64,000 nt of DNA from Candidatus Poribacteria bacterium. Lineage in GTDB: Bacteria; Poribacteria; WGA-4E; WGA-3G. The first letter of the stretch is position 1. Each line of letters begins with the position of its first letter. The stretch spans positions 1,248,001-1,312,000 of the forward strand of contig OZ243938.1 of NCBI GenBank assembly GCA_965214095.1. Reading direction: 5' to 3'. The position numbers and the translations under genes are program-made. Below the pieces are notes generated by a model that saw nothing but the letters and a program-made list of their open reading frames with translations, had not been told where the DNA came from and ran no database searches. Shown here one piece after another: positions 28,540 through 40,700 of this stretch.

Positions 28540-30379
28540 TGACCCATCCGATCTGAAGAATCTAAATGTAAATGAACTCAAAACGCTTGCCGATGAGATG
28601 CGGACACACATGTTGACTGTCCTTTCTGAGCATCCTGGGCACTTCGCACCAAATTTTGGTACGGTTGAACTTGCGATAGCAGTCCACACTGTTTTTGACA
28701 CACCACGAGATAAAGTAATCTGGGATATTGGTCATCAAGCCTACCCTCACAAACTGTTGACAGGTCGGTTAGATGCATTTGAAACTTTGCGTCAAACTGA
28801 TGGAATGAGCGGGTTCTTAAGTCGAGAAGAGAGCAAATATGATGTATTTGGAGCCGGACATTCCAGTACATCTATTTCTGCTGCTTTGGGAATTGCCGCT
28901 GCACGAGATGTCAACAATGATGATTTCAAAGTGTTAGCGATTATTGGAGATGGTGGTCTGACTGGTGGCATGGCACTTGAAGGTTTGAACGCTGCTGGTG
29001 ACTTTAAAAAGGATATGCTTGTTATCCTGAACGACAACCAAATGTCAATCTCACCAACTATCGGAGCAATCTCAAAACATTTTCACAAATTGATCAGCTC
29101 CAAGGGTTACAATAAGCTTCGATCGGGGGCAAAGGAATTGATGAATTTCATATCCTCCGATGCTAAAGCCCTTGCGCAGAAAATTGAAGCATCGCTTAAA
29201 CCAGGAACACTCTTTGAGGAATTCGGATTCCGATATTTCGGTCCGCTTGATGGCAATGATTTAGAAACACTGATACCAGTCTTAACCGGTATTCGCGAGT
29301 TAACAGGACCGATATTAATTCATGTCGTTACCAAAAAAGGTTTGGGATTTAAACCTGCTGAAGAGGATCCTATCGGGTTCTATAGTGTAAGTGGTCGGTT
29401 TGATTTAAAAACTGGTAAATCGCTGCGACCATCATCTGCAGTTCCTAAGTATACCGATGTTTTCAGTCGTACTCTTATTGAAGCAGCGAAACAGGACTCT
29501 CGGATAATTGGTGTAACTGCTGCCATGCCGGGTGGTACGGGTTTGGATAAATTCGGTGACGCTTTTCCTGACAGATGTTTTGATGTGGGTTTGGCGGAAC
29601 AGTGTGCTGTTACCTTTGCTGCTGGACTTGCTACAGAAGGTCTAAAACCGGTTGTTGCTATCTATTCAACCTTCCTTCAACGAGGCTATGACCAGGTACT
29701 GCATGATGTCTGTATTCAGAATTTACCAGTAATCTTCGCACTTGACCGTGCTGGACTTGTGGGTGCAGATGGTCCAACACATCACGGTGTTTTTGATATT
29801 GCCTTTTTGCGTTCCATACCAAACATTGTTTCTATGGCACCAAAAGATGAAAATGAATTACAAAGGATGTTGAAGACCGCATTGAACCACGATGAAGGTC
29901 CTATAGCACTACGTTATCCTCGAGGAACTGGTATCGGAGTTAAGTTAGATGCTGAACCTAAACCACTTCCTATAGGCAAGGCTGAAATTTGTCGTGAAGG
30001 CGATGACCTATTAATATTGGCATTAGGTAATCGAGTCTATCCCGCACTTGAAGCAGCAAAGACACTCAGTGATACAGGAATTGAATCTACTGTTGTGAAT
30101 GCACGGTTTATAAAACCTTTGGATACAACGTTGATCTTAGACTTAGCAAAACAAATTGGTAAAATCATAACCGTAGAAGATGGAGTATTAATGGGTGGCT
30201 TCGGAAGTGCTGTGCTTGAAACACTTGCTAATGCGGGGATTACAAATGTTCGTGTTACTACACTCGGTGTAACTGATCGATTTGTTGAACATGGAGATGT
30301 AACTACTTTGTATGAACGTTATGGTGTTGATACACAAGCGATTATTCGAACAGGAATTACTCTCGCTGTTGGATCCTAA
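28520..30379 (+). CDS. dxs: 1-deoxy-D-xylulose-5-phosphate synthase
   Basis: WDIGHQAYPHKLLTGR, GAGHSSTS, GDGGLTGG, ILNDN, YSTFLQR, DRAGLVGADGPTHHG, RYPRG. Confidence 0.96.
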   Translation: MVLKKINDPSDLKNLNVNELKTLADEMRTHMLTVLSEHPGHFAPNFGTVELAIAVHTVFDTPRDKVIWDIGHQAYPHKLLTGRLDAFETLRQTDGMSGFLSREESKYDVFGAGHSSTSISAALGIAAARDVNNDDFKVLAIIGDGGLTGGMALEGLNAAGDFKKDMLVILNDNQMSISPTIGAISKHFHKLISSKGYNKLRSGAKELMNFISSDAKALAQKIEASLKPGTLFEEFGFRYFGPLDGNDLETLIPVLTGIRELTGPILIHVVTKKGLGFKPAEEDPIGFYSVSGRFDLKTGKSLRPSSAVPKYTDVFSRTLIEAAKQDSRIIGVTAAMPGGTGLDKFGDAFPDRCFDVGLAEQCAVTFAAGLATEGLKPVVAIYSTFLQRGYDQVLHDVCIQNLPVIFALDRAGLVGADGPTHHGVFDIAFLRSIPNIVSMAPKDENELQRMLKTALNHDEGPIALRYPRGTGIGVKLDAEPKPLPIGKAEICREGDDLLILALGNRVYPALEAAKTLSDTGIESTVVNARFIKPLDTTLILDLAKQIGKIITVEDGVLMGGFGSAVLETLANAGITNVRVTTLGVTDRFVEHGDVTTLYERYGVDTQAIIRTGITLAVGS

Positions 30380-30409
30380 TGCATACCATATCTTATCTTT
30401 CCTGTTGAT

Positions 30410-31261
30410 ATGAACATCTCTACACGAAATCAGACAAAATCAATGATGGAAAGGTTAGATATAATACTTGTTAATCGTGGTTTCGTTGCGACTCGTCAAC
30501 AAGCAAAACGTTTGATTTTGGCTGGTGCGGTTAAAGTTAACAACAATTCCCAACTCAAACCGGGACAACGTATATCCTCTGATGCAGAAATCGTAGTAGA
30601 AAAACCACCAAAATATGTCAGTAGAGGCGGATTGAAACTTGAAAAGGCGATACAACATTTTGATGTTTCCATTCAAAACAGAATTGCCTTAGACGTTGGA
30701 GCATCAACGGGTGGATTTACCGATTGCTTGCTTCAACATGGCGCAGATTTCGTCTATGCTGTTGATGTTGGTTACGGACAACTGGCATGGAAACTTCGCA
30801 AAGATACGCGGGTTCACGTAATTGATAAAACAAATATCCGCTACATTGACAATCTCATTTTTTCACATCCTCTTGAGATCGCCGTAATAGACGTTTCTTT
30901 CATCTCTTTACAGAAAGTTTTACCTGTAATACTTGATAAATTAGATGTGACTGAGGTCATAGCACTTGTAAAACCTCAGTTTGAGGCAGGTCGCGCTTTC
31001 GTGAAAAAGGGAGGAATCGTTGATAATCCAGATATACATAGAGATATACTGAATAATTTGATTGACTTTATCCAGAATGATTTGTCAACAATTACAACGG
31101 GTTTGACGTTTTCACCTATACACCGAGACATAGGAAATATTGAATATCTGCTCTGGTTACAAAAGATGCCGAATACTGAATCAGGTTCTCATTCAATAGA
31201 CTCAGAAATTATAGATGATGTAGTAAAATTAGCACATAAAGCATTTAATGGAAAAGCATAA
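30410..31261 (+). CDS. tlyA: TlyA family rRNA 2'-O-methyltransferase
   Basis: S4 domain; YVSRGGLKL, DVGASTGGFTD, DVSFISL, LVKPQFE, GNIEY. Confidence 0.93.
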   Translation: MNISTRNQTKSMMERLDIILVNRGFVATRQQAKRLILAGAVKVNNNSQLKPGQRISSDAEIVVEKPPKYVSRGGLKLEKAIQHFDVSIQNRIALDVGASTGGFTDCLLQHGADFVYAVDVGYGQLAWKLRKDTRVHVIDKTNIRYIDNLIFSHPLEIAVIDVSFISLQKVLPVILDKLDVTEVIALVKPQFEAGRAFVKKGGIVDNPDIHRDILNNLIDFIQNDLSTITTGLTFSPIHRDIGNIEYLLWLQKMPNTESGSHSIDSEIIDDVVKLAHKAFNGKA

Positions 31262-31279
31262 AGAACATAAAACAAAACG

Positions 31280-34200
31280 ATGACTCGCAGAAAGATACTA
31301 TTCATATCAATTCCAGTATTCCTACTACTGTGTGGCATATTTGGATATCTTTTTATCAGTTCAGAAGGTTTTCTTGATTCTTACATTAAAGAACGGCTTA
31401 TACAAGCATTACAAGAGCAAATCAATAAAAATTATGAAGTCAAAATTGAGAAATTACGTGGTAATGTACTGATAGGTGTTGAAATTGAGAATCTATCCAT
31501 CAATAAAAAAGAATCCGATCTTCCTCCAATTCTGTCAACAAAAAAAGCACTCTTCAAATATCACATTTTCCCATTATTGAGACGTAACTTTCTTGTGTCA
31601 GAGTTGGTGATTGACTCACCGATTGTAAATGCCGTACGTATTTCTGATGGAGATTTGAACCTAACACAGATGTTGCAAAAGACTACATCAGAAACTAAAC
31701 CAGATACAAATCGTGATTTTGCATTTTCGGTGGCACATATAACTCTAAATGGGGGTTCTGTCCTGTATTCTGATTCACAGCAAAATCTAAAACTGAACTT
31801 ACCGGATATTACCTTCAATTTGGAAGGTTCACTTGAGGAGTGGGATCATACTGGCAATTTTTCTATTGGGAAAGGGCATGTCAAGATAAACGAATCTGAG
31901 ATCCCAATTGAACAATTAGAGAATATGAAGTTTGCCATATCAAAACAGAGTAGTAGATTGTCTAATAAATTGATGCTTAAGATAGGAAATTCATTGATAA
32001 ATGTAAATGATTTTCAAGGAAGTTTGGAGAAGGGAGTCTGGCGAACAGAAGTTGCGTTGAAACTTGATACTAAAGATGTTCAAAAATTCATAAATAACAA
32101 GACAGAGTTCGCTGGATTAGTTTCTATTACATTGAACTTAAACGGAACAGATTCATCAGTAAACGGTTCAATCTTATGCTCGGCTGACAGGATATCCATC
32201 AGACAGATGCTTCCAACGGAAGATGGTAAATTTGAACAATCTGCCAGGAACATTGATCTGTCCAGTTTATCTATTGATTCAACTATTGAAATAGATGATG
32301 TCCCAAAGGTTAGATTAAACAAACTGAGGACAACAATTGCCGATGGAACGCTAACAGGAAATGGTAGTATAACATTTGACAATAATGTTAAAGGAAACCT
32401 GTTGGAAAAAATTCAACACTATCTTAAAGAGTCAATCTCTTATGAAAGCAAATGGACAATATCAGACGTACAACTTCCTATATTGGTTTCTTCACTGGTC
32501 GAAGTGCCAGAGGACATGCCGAAAATCGCATCGGGAACTATTTCTGGATTAGGAGATTTCAACGGTAATAGTAAAGGATACTTGCACATTGATGGTGATG
32601 TAGATATTTCTAATGCAAGTATCATTGTTCTTGATAAAGGACAAGTGAAGTCTTTCTCACTTGAAGATTCATCTCTGGATTGTGAGATAGGAACAGAAAC
32701 AGGTAAAGAGACGATTGTCACTGCAAATGGAAATATAGATAAAACTACTGTAGTGGTCGGTGGTTCATTAGATAGCATTGATGTAAAACTTGCTGATATT
32801 GATTTTGGGAAATTATGTAAGATATTTAAATCTGTACCATTTTCAGGTATTGGAACTATATCAGCAACAGTATTGAAGGATGGAACTGCGAACGGTTATG
32901 CTGAGATTCCACAAGCATACTATGGAGATCTAAACAGTTTACTTGGTCGTTTAGCCGGCAATTTCAGATATGAAGACAAAGTATTGTCTATTGATAACGC
33001 ACTCTTGACAAAAAAGACTGATATTGGAGAGACGCATGTTTCTATTGATGGCGATATTACATTAGAGGGACAAATGCCATCAAACTTTACAATCAATGCC
33101 AATTCGGTTGTTTTGGACAATGACTATAACAAAATCTTTTTTCAACAAGAGTATCCCATTATGGGTAACATCTCAGGTGAACTCAATTTGTTCGGTTCAT
33201 TGATTGATAATTTGGATGGAAAAGGCACATTTACAGTTGATTCTGGGAATGCGTGGGGAATCAATTTAGATACAGCAACATTTCCGCTGGAAATTGACGA
33301 CTACTCACTTACGATACCGAATGTCGAGATCAATGCGCAAGGACAACAAGTAATCTTCAATGCACACGTGACGAATGATGGAGAGTTTGACTTTACTTTA
33401 AAAAATAAAAAAGGTAATCCAGTCCAAATAGCAAAACTGGCACTTGCAGCGGATGCATCTGATTTTCCTCTTGATGGAAAAATGGATGTCAATGTAACGT
33501 CATACCTGAGAAAACAAGAACAAGTTGTATTTCAAGTAGATTTAGACTTTGTTGACCTTACATTTGAAGACAACCCTCTTCCTGGAGATGCGGTCCTTAA
33601 AGGCGTTCTAATTGAAACAGGTGAAACTACAGATGAACCTGATTATTTCAATTTTACAGGTGAAGCATTTGAGGGAACAAGTATTATCAACGGAAAAATA
33701 TACACTACGGAAGAAAGCCCATACCAATTCACTATGGAAAGTAAAGGAATACAGGTCTCACCTATTCTCCGTATCTTGGATCGTAGACTTGAAGTTATTA
33801 CTGGAACTGCCGATGGAATCGTAAATGTAGAGGGTACTGTTTCAGAATTAGTAGAACCATCAAAAGAACGACTATTTCCATACCATGTTGATATATTGAT
33901 TAACCATTCGAAACTTCAATACAATTCTGTAGACTTTTTGAACCCAAAACCTATTCAACTGAACTTAGAGAATGATATTCTTACATTTCAAGATAGTTCT
34001 CTGATGATCAGTGGTGAACAAACTTCATTTATTGAACTGTCAGGAACTTTTGATACAAAGAATGAAGCAGTAAACATTTCAGCTCATTCAGAAGATGAGA
34101 CATCTCTCAAACCTTTTGGTGTTGCGTTTAACCAAGCTATTGATGGTAAGGTTTCATATCAATTTAAGGCAGAAGGACCATTAAGCGAACCAAACATTGA

Positions 34201-37200
34201 GCTTAAATGGAAATTACCAACATTGATTGTAAATACTAATGTGGGGGATATTAATATACATAATGCTGATGGAGCATTATCATATCAAAACGGATCTGTC
34301 AAAATTGAACCTTTCTCAATGGAATTAATGGACAATAAGGTATTGGTTGGGGGAGACATATCTATCAACAAGAATGAATTAACTGATTCCAATCTAAATC
34401 TTGATATTAGTAGTGATAGTTTTGATATAGCGAAATTGAATGACTTATTAAAGAATAGCATATCACCTGAGATGTTCAAACAACTTGGTTTGGAAGATGA
34501 ATCATCGATTTCTGGATCACTGGGTGTTTCCCTTAAATTGGGAGGAAATATCGGTGAACCAGTAGTCAAAGTGCTTTCACATTCAAAAAACAGCAACCCT
34601 ATTCTCTTTGGTAGATTTATTAATCCTATAACCTTTGATGAACTCGGCGCAGAAATATCAATAAAAAAGCAATCGTTACAAATACAAGATGCAGTCTTAC
34701 AAGGTAGGATGGGAGAAGGTGTATTTCATATAAATGGGAATTCATCTCATTCAACTGTCAATCCAGATGAGATGAATTTCAATTTGAGTATGTCTGTTAA
34801 TAAGTTGGATTTACAGGATTTTGCAACACTTTTCCAAAAAAATAAAATATTTCAAAATGCTTTGGTAAGTGGTTCTGTGCAATGTTCTGGAACAGGTATT
34901 AAACCTCATCAGATTTCAGTTGTTGGCAAGATAGATGAACTCAATTTTCTATTTCAGAACTACGAAATCAAGAATAGATCATCTTTTGACATAAGTCTAA
35001 ATCGCAGCAAAATTGATTCTCTAATACCGTTAGAAATTACATCACCTGAGATTGATACCGATGTTGATATAAGAATGGATGGTCTACTTTCTGAACTAAT
35101 CCTGTCTTTAATTTGGCAAGGGAACATCAATTATCTTACAAACGACGGAATAAATTCGCCTTTCCAATGGGTAGGTAGTGTGAATTACAACAATAATTCG
35201 ATCAAACTGAGTTCTAATCTGGCTAATAATGGGAACAATTTAGACCTAAAAGGTACGATTCCTTTCAACTTGTCTGTCTTGGCGGATGATTTCCTTGCCA
35301 GTTTTACTGAAAAACCCATTGATGTTAGTCTTTTCGGAAATGAACTTCCTTTGGACGTAATTCCAGGACTTGACAATATCTTTTCTCAAGTAGGCGGTGT
35401 AGTAGATATCAACTTAAGACTTCAAGGGACGATTTCAGAACCACATTTACAAGGGACGTTTTCTATTGAAGCACCATCTCTTCAAATCAGAGGTTTTCCT
35501 CAAACTCTTGAGAATGTTAGCATCCAACTCAATGCACAGAAAGATATTCTTGAATTAACAAGGTTTCAATTTGATATAGAAGATGGCAATGTTTTTCTTC
35601 AACAGAACCAAAGAAGTAAACTAACATTAGATGGAATTACACCGAAAACCCTTGAAATTTACGATCTAACATTGAACAAATATCCTTTCTCTTCATTACT
35701 ACAACAGAATCTACCCGAAAACTTAGCTAACGACATTGAAGGGACAATATCTGCTACATTGATAAATATCAGTGTACCGCTTCAGAGTTATTTTGAAGTA
35801 TCAGACAAGAACCCTATACCGATATTACACGATTTAATTACTATTGAATCAGTTACACAGGATGCAGTAGCAGATTTTGCAATAGATAATCTATCATTAG
35901 GTTTCACGTTATTAGATCAATATTATAGATTTGAGAATCCGCAGCCAATTCCGATTTCACTTACTTCGGGTGAATTTAAAGTACGTGAATTAAAGCTCAA
36001 TAATATGTTTGATGTAGATACAAATAACGAACAAAACCCTTTATCATTCAGTAGTTATGGTAAGTGGAATATGCAAAGTGAAATATTACTGTATATGAAA
36101 CTTGCCAATTTTGACTTATCTGCCCTCAACAGTTATTTTTCTGATATCAATCTTGATACTTATCAACTCAATGGCTTTATATCAACAGATATCAACATAA
36201 CAGGTACTTACGTTGATCCAGAAATAGCGATTGTTCTTAATGGAGATATGATAACACTAAATAATGCAAATATAGAAGAATTCACAGGTGAACTTACATA
36301 TAGCTCAACCAGCAGGCGATGGTCAATTACTAAATCCAATCCAATCCAACTTAGAGTTGGAAAGAATCAACTTACCTGTTCAGGTGATGTTCCATATTAC
36401 CTATCCTTTGCCAATCTCAAATCCGAAGTAATAGATGAACCGATGGAAATGTCGATTGCTTTAGAATTGGATGATATTAGTCTTTTGTCTGACATTGTAC
36501 CAGAAATTGAATCTGCCATTGGCGTTGGTTCTATCTCCGCAACACTTCAGGGGACACCGAATTCACCTCGACTCAATGGTACAGGTGATTTAAATTTGGT
36601 CTCACTTATATTGAAAGATTCACCAATTTATTTAGATGATACTCGTGGTGATTTTGAATTCTCAGAAACCGAGCTAATAATAATAGCTGTTGATGGCCAA
36701 CTGAATGAAGGTGGTTTTGTTGCAACTGGTAATATTGGTACAGATTGGTTTAATATGCAATCTATTGATCTAACTGCAAGCTTGGATAACTGCATTATTA
36801 CAGAACCTGGACAATATGAAGTGAATGTCAGTACAAACGCAAATGATCTGCATTTAATTGGAGATATAAACAAGAATTCTCAGAGAAATTTAATTCTGTC
36901 TGGTGATGTAATTATCCATTCAGGGAACTATGAACAGAATTGGGAAAACGTCCGTGATTGGTTTAGTGGTTCAACAGTGAGCAGCGTAGAACTGACTTTT
37001 GACAATACATTGCTTGACAACCTTCAGTTAGATTTAGGAATTGATATGCCTGAAGATTTTCACTTCCTATCCTCTCTCGGTGGAACGACTGATATTGAGA
37101 TAACCTGTAACGGACGTATCACAGGTTTAATTCAAGAACCGATATTCACTGGAGATGTTACTATACTTGATGGCAAGATCAGCATTGTAACACAGGAGTT

Positions 37201-37648
37201 TGATATTGTTGAAGGGTCAAGAATTACAAATCAAGATGATACTGCATTCAACCCACAGTTAGATATTGTTTTAAAAACACAAAATCCTATACGTGGGGTT
37301 TTACTTGAAGATGGTAGTACAGCGGACCTTATGGTAATTGCCACAGTTACTGGCGTATTGGAAAATGGGGACATTGACAAAGCGAGGTTAAGTTTCCAAG
37401 CAGATCCCATCAATTCATCATCAACAGCAGTTTTTTCAGATGCATACCTTTTGTCTCTATTGCTTCCAGGCAGTTCAATCTCACGTTCATTTGGCGGAAT
37501 AACCTTTACTATTTCATCTGGATTTGATCCAAATGAACGACACATTATTGCTGAATACCCATTGCCAAGAAATATGTCTATCAAAGTTGAAGGAGATGAA
37601 AGAGGGGACTTTGGTGTAGATATCCAACTACTGGAACGTAGATTCTAA
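31280..37648 (+). CDS. TamB/AsmA-like bridge protein (translocation and assembly module)
   Basis: 2122 aa, N-terminal TM anchor, beta-rich repeats (LQGTISEPHLQG), DUF490-like C terminus, adjacent to an Omp85 gene. Confidence 0.8.
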   Translation: MTRRKILFISIPVFLLLCGIFGYLFISSEGFLDSYIKERLIQALQEQINKNYEVKIEKLRGNVLIGVEIENLSINKKESDLPPILSTKKALFKYHIFPLLRRNFLVSELVIDSPIVNAVRISDGDLNLTQMLQKTTSETKPDTNRDFAFSVAHITLNGGSVLYSDSQQNLKLNLPDITFNLEGSLEEWDHTGNFSIGKGHVKINESEIPIEQLENMKFAISKQSSRLSNKLMLKIGNSLINVNDFQGSLEKGVWRTEVALKLDTKDVQKFINNKTEFAGLVSITLNLNGTDSSVNGSILCSADRISIRQMLPTEDGKFEQSARNIDLSSLSIDSTIEIDDVPKVRLNKLRTTIADGTLTGNGSITFDNNVKGNLLEKIQHYLKESISYESKWTISDVQLPILVSSLVEVPEDMPKIASGTISGLGDFNGNSKGYLHIDGDVDISNASIIVLDKGQVKSFSLEDSSLDCEIGTETGKETIVTANGNIDKTTVVVGGSLDSIDVKLADIDFGKLCKIFKSVPFSGIGTISATVLKDGTANGYAEIPQAYYGDLNSLLGRLAGNFRYEDKVLSIDNALLTKKTDIGETHVSIDGDITLEGQMPSNFTINANSVVLDNDYNKIFFQQEYPIMGNISGELNLFGSLIDNLDGKGTFTVDSGNAWGINLDTATFPLEIDDYSLTIPNVEINAQGQQVIFNAHVTNDGEFDFTLKNKKGNPVQIAKLALAADASDFPLDGKMDVNVTSYLRKQEQVVFQVDLDFVDLTFEDNPLPGDAVLKGVLIETGETTDEPDYFNFTGEAFEGTSIINGKIYTTEESPYQFTMESKGIQVSPILRILDRRLEVITGTADGIVNVEGTVSELVEPSKERLFPYHVDILINHSKLQYNSVDFLNPKPIQLNLENDILTFQDSSLMISGEQTSFIELSGTFDTKNEAVNISAHSEDETSLKPFGVAFNQAIDGKVSYQFKAEGPLSEPNIELKWKLPTLIVNTNVGDINIHNADGALSYQNGSVKIEPFSMELMDNKVLVGGDISINKNELTDSNLNLDISSDSFDIAKLNDLLKNSISPEMFKQLGLEDESSISGSLGVSLKLGGNIGEPVVKVLSHSKNSNPILFGRFINPITFDELGAEISIKKQSLQIQDAVLQGRMGEGVFHINGNSSHSTVNPDEMNFNLSMSVNKLDLQDFATLFQKNKIFQNALVSGSVQCSGTGIKPHQISVVGKIDELNFLFQNYEIKNRSSFDISLNRSKIDSLIPLEITSPEIDTDVDIRMDGLLSELILSLIWQGNINYLTNDGINSPFQWVGSVNYNNNSIKLSSNLANNGNNLDLKGTIPFNLSVLADDFLASFTEKPIDVSLFGNELPLDVIPGLDNIFSQVGGVVDINLRLQGTISEPHLQGTFSIEAPSLQIRGFPQTLENVSIQLNAQKDILELTRFQFDIEDGNVFLQQNQRSKLTLDGITPKTLEIYDLTLNKYPFSSLLQQNLPENLANDIEGTISATLINISVPLQSYFEVSDKNPIPILHDLITIESVTQDAVADFAIDNLSLGFTLLDQYYRFENPQPIPISLTSGEFKVRELKLNNMFDVDTNNEQNPLSFSSYGKWNMQSEILLYMKLANFDLSALNSYFSDINLDTYQLNGFISTDINITGTYVDPEIAIVLNGDMITLNNANIEEFTGELTYSSTSRRWSITKSNPIQLRVGKNQLTCSGDVPYYLSFANLKSEVIDEPMEMSIALELDDISLLSDIVPEIESAIGVGSISATLQGTPNSPRLNGTGDLNLVSLILKDSPIYLDDTRGDFEFSETELIIIAVDGQLNEGGFVATGNIGTDWFNMQSIDLTASLDNCIITEPGQYEVNVSTNANDLHLIGDINKNSQRNLILSGDVIIHSGNYEQNWENVRDWFSGSTVSSVELTFDNTLLDNLQLDLGIDMPEDFHFLSSLGGTTDIEITCNGRITGLIQEPIFTGDVTILDGKISIVTQEFDIVEGSRITNQDDTAFNPQLDIVLKTQNPIRGVLLEDGSTADLMVIATVTGVLENGDIDKARLSFQADPINSSSTAVFSDAYLLSLLLPGSSISRSFGGITFTISSGFDPNERHIIAEYPLPRNMSIKVEGDERGDFGVDIQLLERRF

Positions 37649-37663
37649 TAAAATATAAATTCT

Positions 37664-37689
37664 GGTCTATATTGTAAGCAATATAGACC
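37664..37689. other. Perfect 11-bp intergenic hairpin
   Basis: GGTCTATATTG-TAAG-CAATATAGACC between the tamB-like and Omp85 genes. Confidence 0.55.
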
Positions 37690-37713
37690 TGTGATTTTTG
37701 GGAAACAACTCAA

Positions 37714-40700
37714 ATGTACCGTTTTATTTTTATATCTCTCCTCAGTCTCAGTTTCATTTCACCTATCTCTTTTGCCTCAATAGACAAGTCTCAATCCCAG
37801 ACTCCCACCGAAAACACTATATCACAAGAAAAGATTGTTAGAATTGAATATATTGTTGACAATAAACCTGTAACTGACATAGAACAGATCCGTAAACTGG
37901 AAGAATTGACTCAGATAACGGTTGGAACCCAATTCTCACGTCATGCAATTCAACAAAGTGTGATTTCACTCTATTCTATACAAGAATACTCTCAGATAGA
38001 AGTGTACATAGATGGTAATATACAAGAAAAAATACTCATTTTTAAGATAAAAACAGTTATGGAAATCAAGGAAGCAAGGATCACAGGGGTAGCTTCAGAG
38101 GAATTAAATCGTTCAATACGAAATGTATTGAGGTTAAAACAAGGTGATATGTATTTCCGTGAGATAGCAGAAACCGATTTGAAATCAATCATGCGAGTTT
38201 GTGAAAACCACGGATATTTTGGTGTGCAAGTAGATATAAAAACAGATACATCAAAAGGAAGTTTGACCTATCAGATTGCCTTAGGTGATCCTACGTATAT
38301 TACAAAATTCCAAATGCAAGGAAATACTGCAATATTTACCGAACACATTACAGAAGCGTGTAATACACAAGTCGGTAAAATCTATATGAAATCTACGATT
38401 AATGAGGATTTTACAGCAATCCGATCGCTTTATAGAAAGAGATATTATCCAGACGTAAAGATAAAACCTACCTTTGACTATCAGAATGGTGTATTAACAT
38501 ACGAAATCCAAGAAGGAAAACAATTATTGCTTGATTTCGTAGATGTAAATGGAAAACCTATTCTTCAGGATTCTTTTTTCAGTAAATTGATTGCGAATTT
38601 ACAACTCAATAGAGAAGAATCAGAAAGGGATAAGCTCAGAGGAAAGATTGAACGGTATATCAATAATGAATCGGAATGGATAAAAGTTGTCCAAACTCAC
38701 TACCAGCAGAAAGGTTATTATGGTACTGAAGTAACAACCAGAACATTAACCAACTCTCCACTTCACGTTGAATTTACTATTAGACCTGGAAAAAGGTATC
38801 TTGTTAAATCTGTGGAATTTATAGGTAACGAAGCATTCGCCAGAGAGGAATTGCTCCGTGAAATGGAAACTAAACTCACCAATTTTCTTTCAAAATATAT
38901 TAGGAAGACATTCTTTTCTGAGTTAACTCTTGAAAAAGACAAAAACCGGCTGAAAATTTTGTATGAAAAATCAGGATATCCTAATGTTAAGATAACATCT
39001 ATAATAAACAGGCTTAATTCCAAAAATGGGAAAGATGGAGAAGTTACGATTAAATTGTCTATCGTTGAACCCTACAAAGAGGTGATTTACAGATGTTCAT
39101 TCCAAGGCAATAATGTTCTCGTTGATCACACACTTTACAGAGTACTACCCAACAAGTTACCACAACCTAATGCGAAGCTTATTCAAAAGAACTACGAAAA
39201 TGCTATACTCAAAGCATATAATGATAGAGGCTACATAGATGCAGAAGTTGTTGAAACTCAGTTTTTTCATAAATATGACACACCAACCTTTGAGATTAAA
39301 GGTGATTTTACAGAATTGTTGAATGCCGGAACATTATCTAATGAAATAAGAGAGACATTTAGAGAACACAATCTTTCACTTACAGGAATGCATATTGCTA
39401 CGAGAATTGATGACGAATGGAGTATACAAGATATTGATGGAAACCTAAGATATGCACTTTTACAAAATAAGGATCGTCTTTCTGTATATGAATATGGCAT
39501 TTTGCAGTTGACTATTTCCGAAGGAGATAAGATTGAATTTGGACGATTCATATTTAATGAAGATCTGAGTGTTTATCCAAGCATTCTCACCCGTGAAGTG
39601 GCACACCTTAGCGGAACTCTCTTCACACCGGACAAACTGAATCAGGCAAGACAGAACATATATAATACACGTATTTTTGAACATGGTATTTCATATAGAA
39701 GAAGTCTACCGATAAATACTGAAGAACAAGATAATACTTTGGATGATAGTCAACCTTTGAATCTCTCACCGAATCGGACAGTTGTCAATGATGTAACGTT
39801 TTTTCTTCAAGAAAGAAAGCCTGGGTCTTATGGTGCGAGTATCGGGGTGAGTTCTTCAGATGGACCGCGAGGCACAATATCACTAAGTCATCTCAACCTA
39901 TTTAGACGAAATATAAGATTTCAACTCCGTGGTAGGTGGGGATTCCGTGCGTATCTCTATGATACAACTCTTACTGAACCTTGGCTGATTGGAAGGACAA
40001 GTGGTAGCATTCAGATTTTGGGTAGACAATTAGAAGAGGATGACGGTGTACGGGCACTGCAAAGTAGTTTTAGTCTCAGTCGCAAGTTACCTGCAGCGCA
40101 TCGTCTAAATTTAGATTACAGCTTTCGTTTTTTAAAGGATACTTCTCTTGAAACAATCGATCCAGAATTGTCAACTACAGTAAGTAGTGTTCGTTTTCAA
40201 TGGAGACAAGATACTCAGTTTCCATCATTGAATCCTGTCTCAGGTATGTTCAACGAGGTAACATTGGAGTACGCGGGTGGTATATTAGGTGGTAGAAGTA
40301 GTTTTATTAAGACAGTGGCAAAATCTATATACCATCAACAACTGAATAATTCAGGTTATGTGTTATCCTCCTCACTGCGCCTTGGACTTACAACTGGCTT
40401 ACAAAGAAATAGAGAGTCAGAATTAATCTCATTTGAACGATTTTGGGCAGGTGGTTCTACAACTGTGCGGGGATATGAAGAGAGAGGACTTGGACCGGAA
40501 GATACTACTGGCAAACATAGAGGAAACGTTCAGTTCATATTCAACACAGAGTTGCGTTTTACAATCTTAGACCCCTTTCAAGGTATTCTGTTTCTGGATT
40601 CTGGAAATGTATGGGGATCATTTGATGAAATTGACTATTCATGGATGCCAACGTCTGTCGGTGTAGGTTTACGTTTGAACTTAGGACCTCTCATTGGTGG

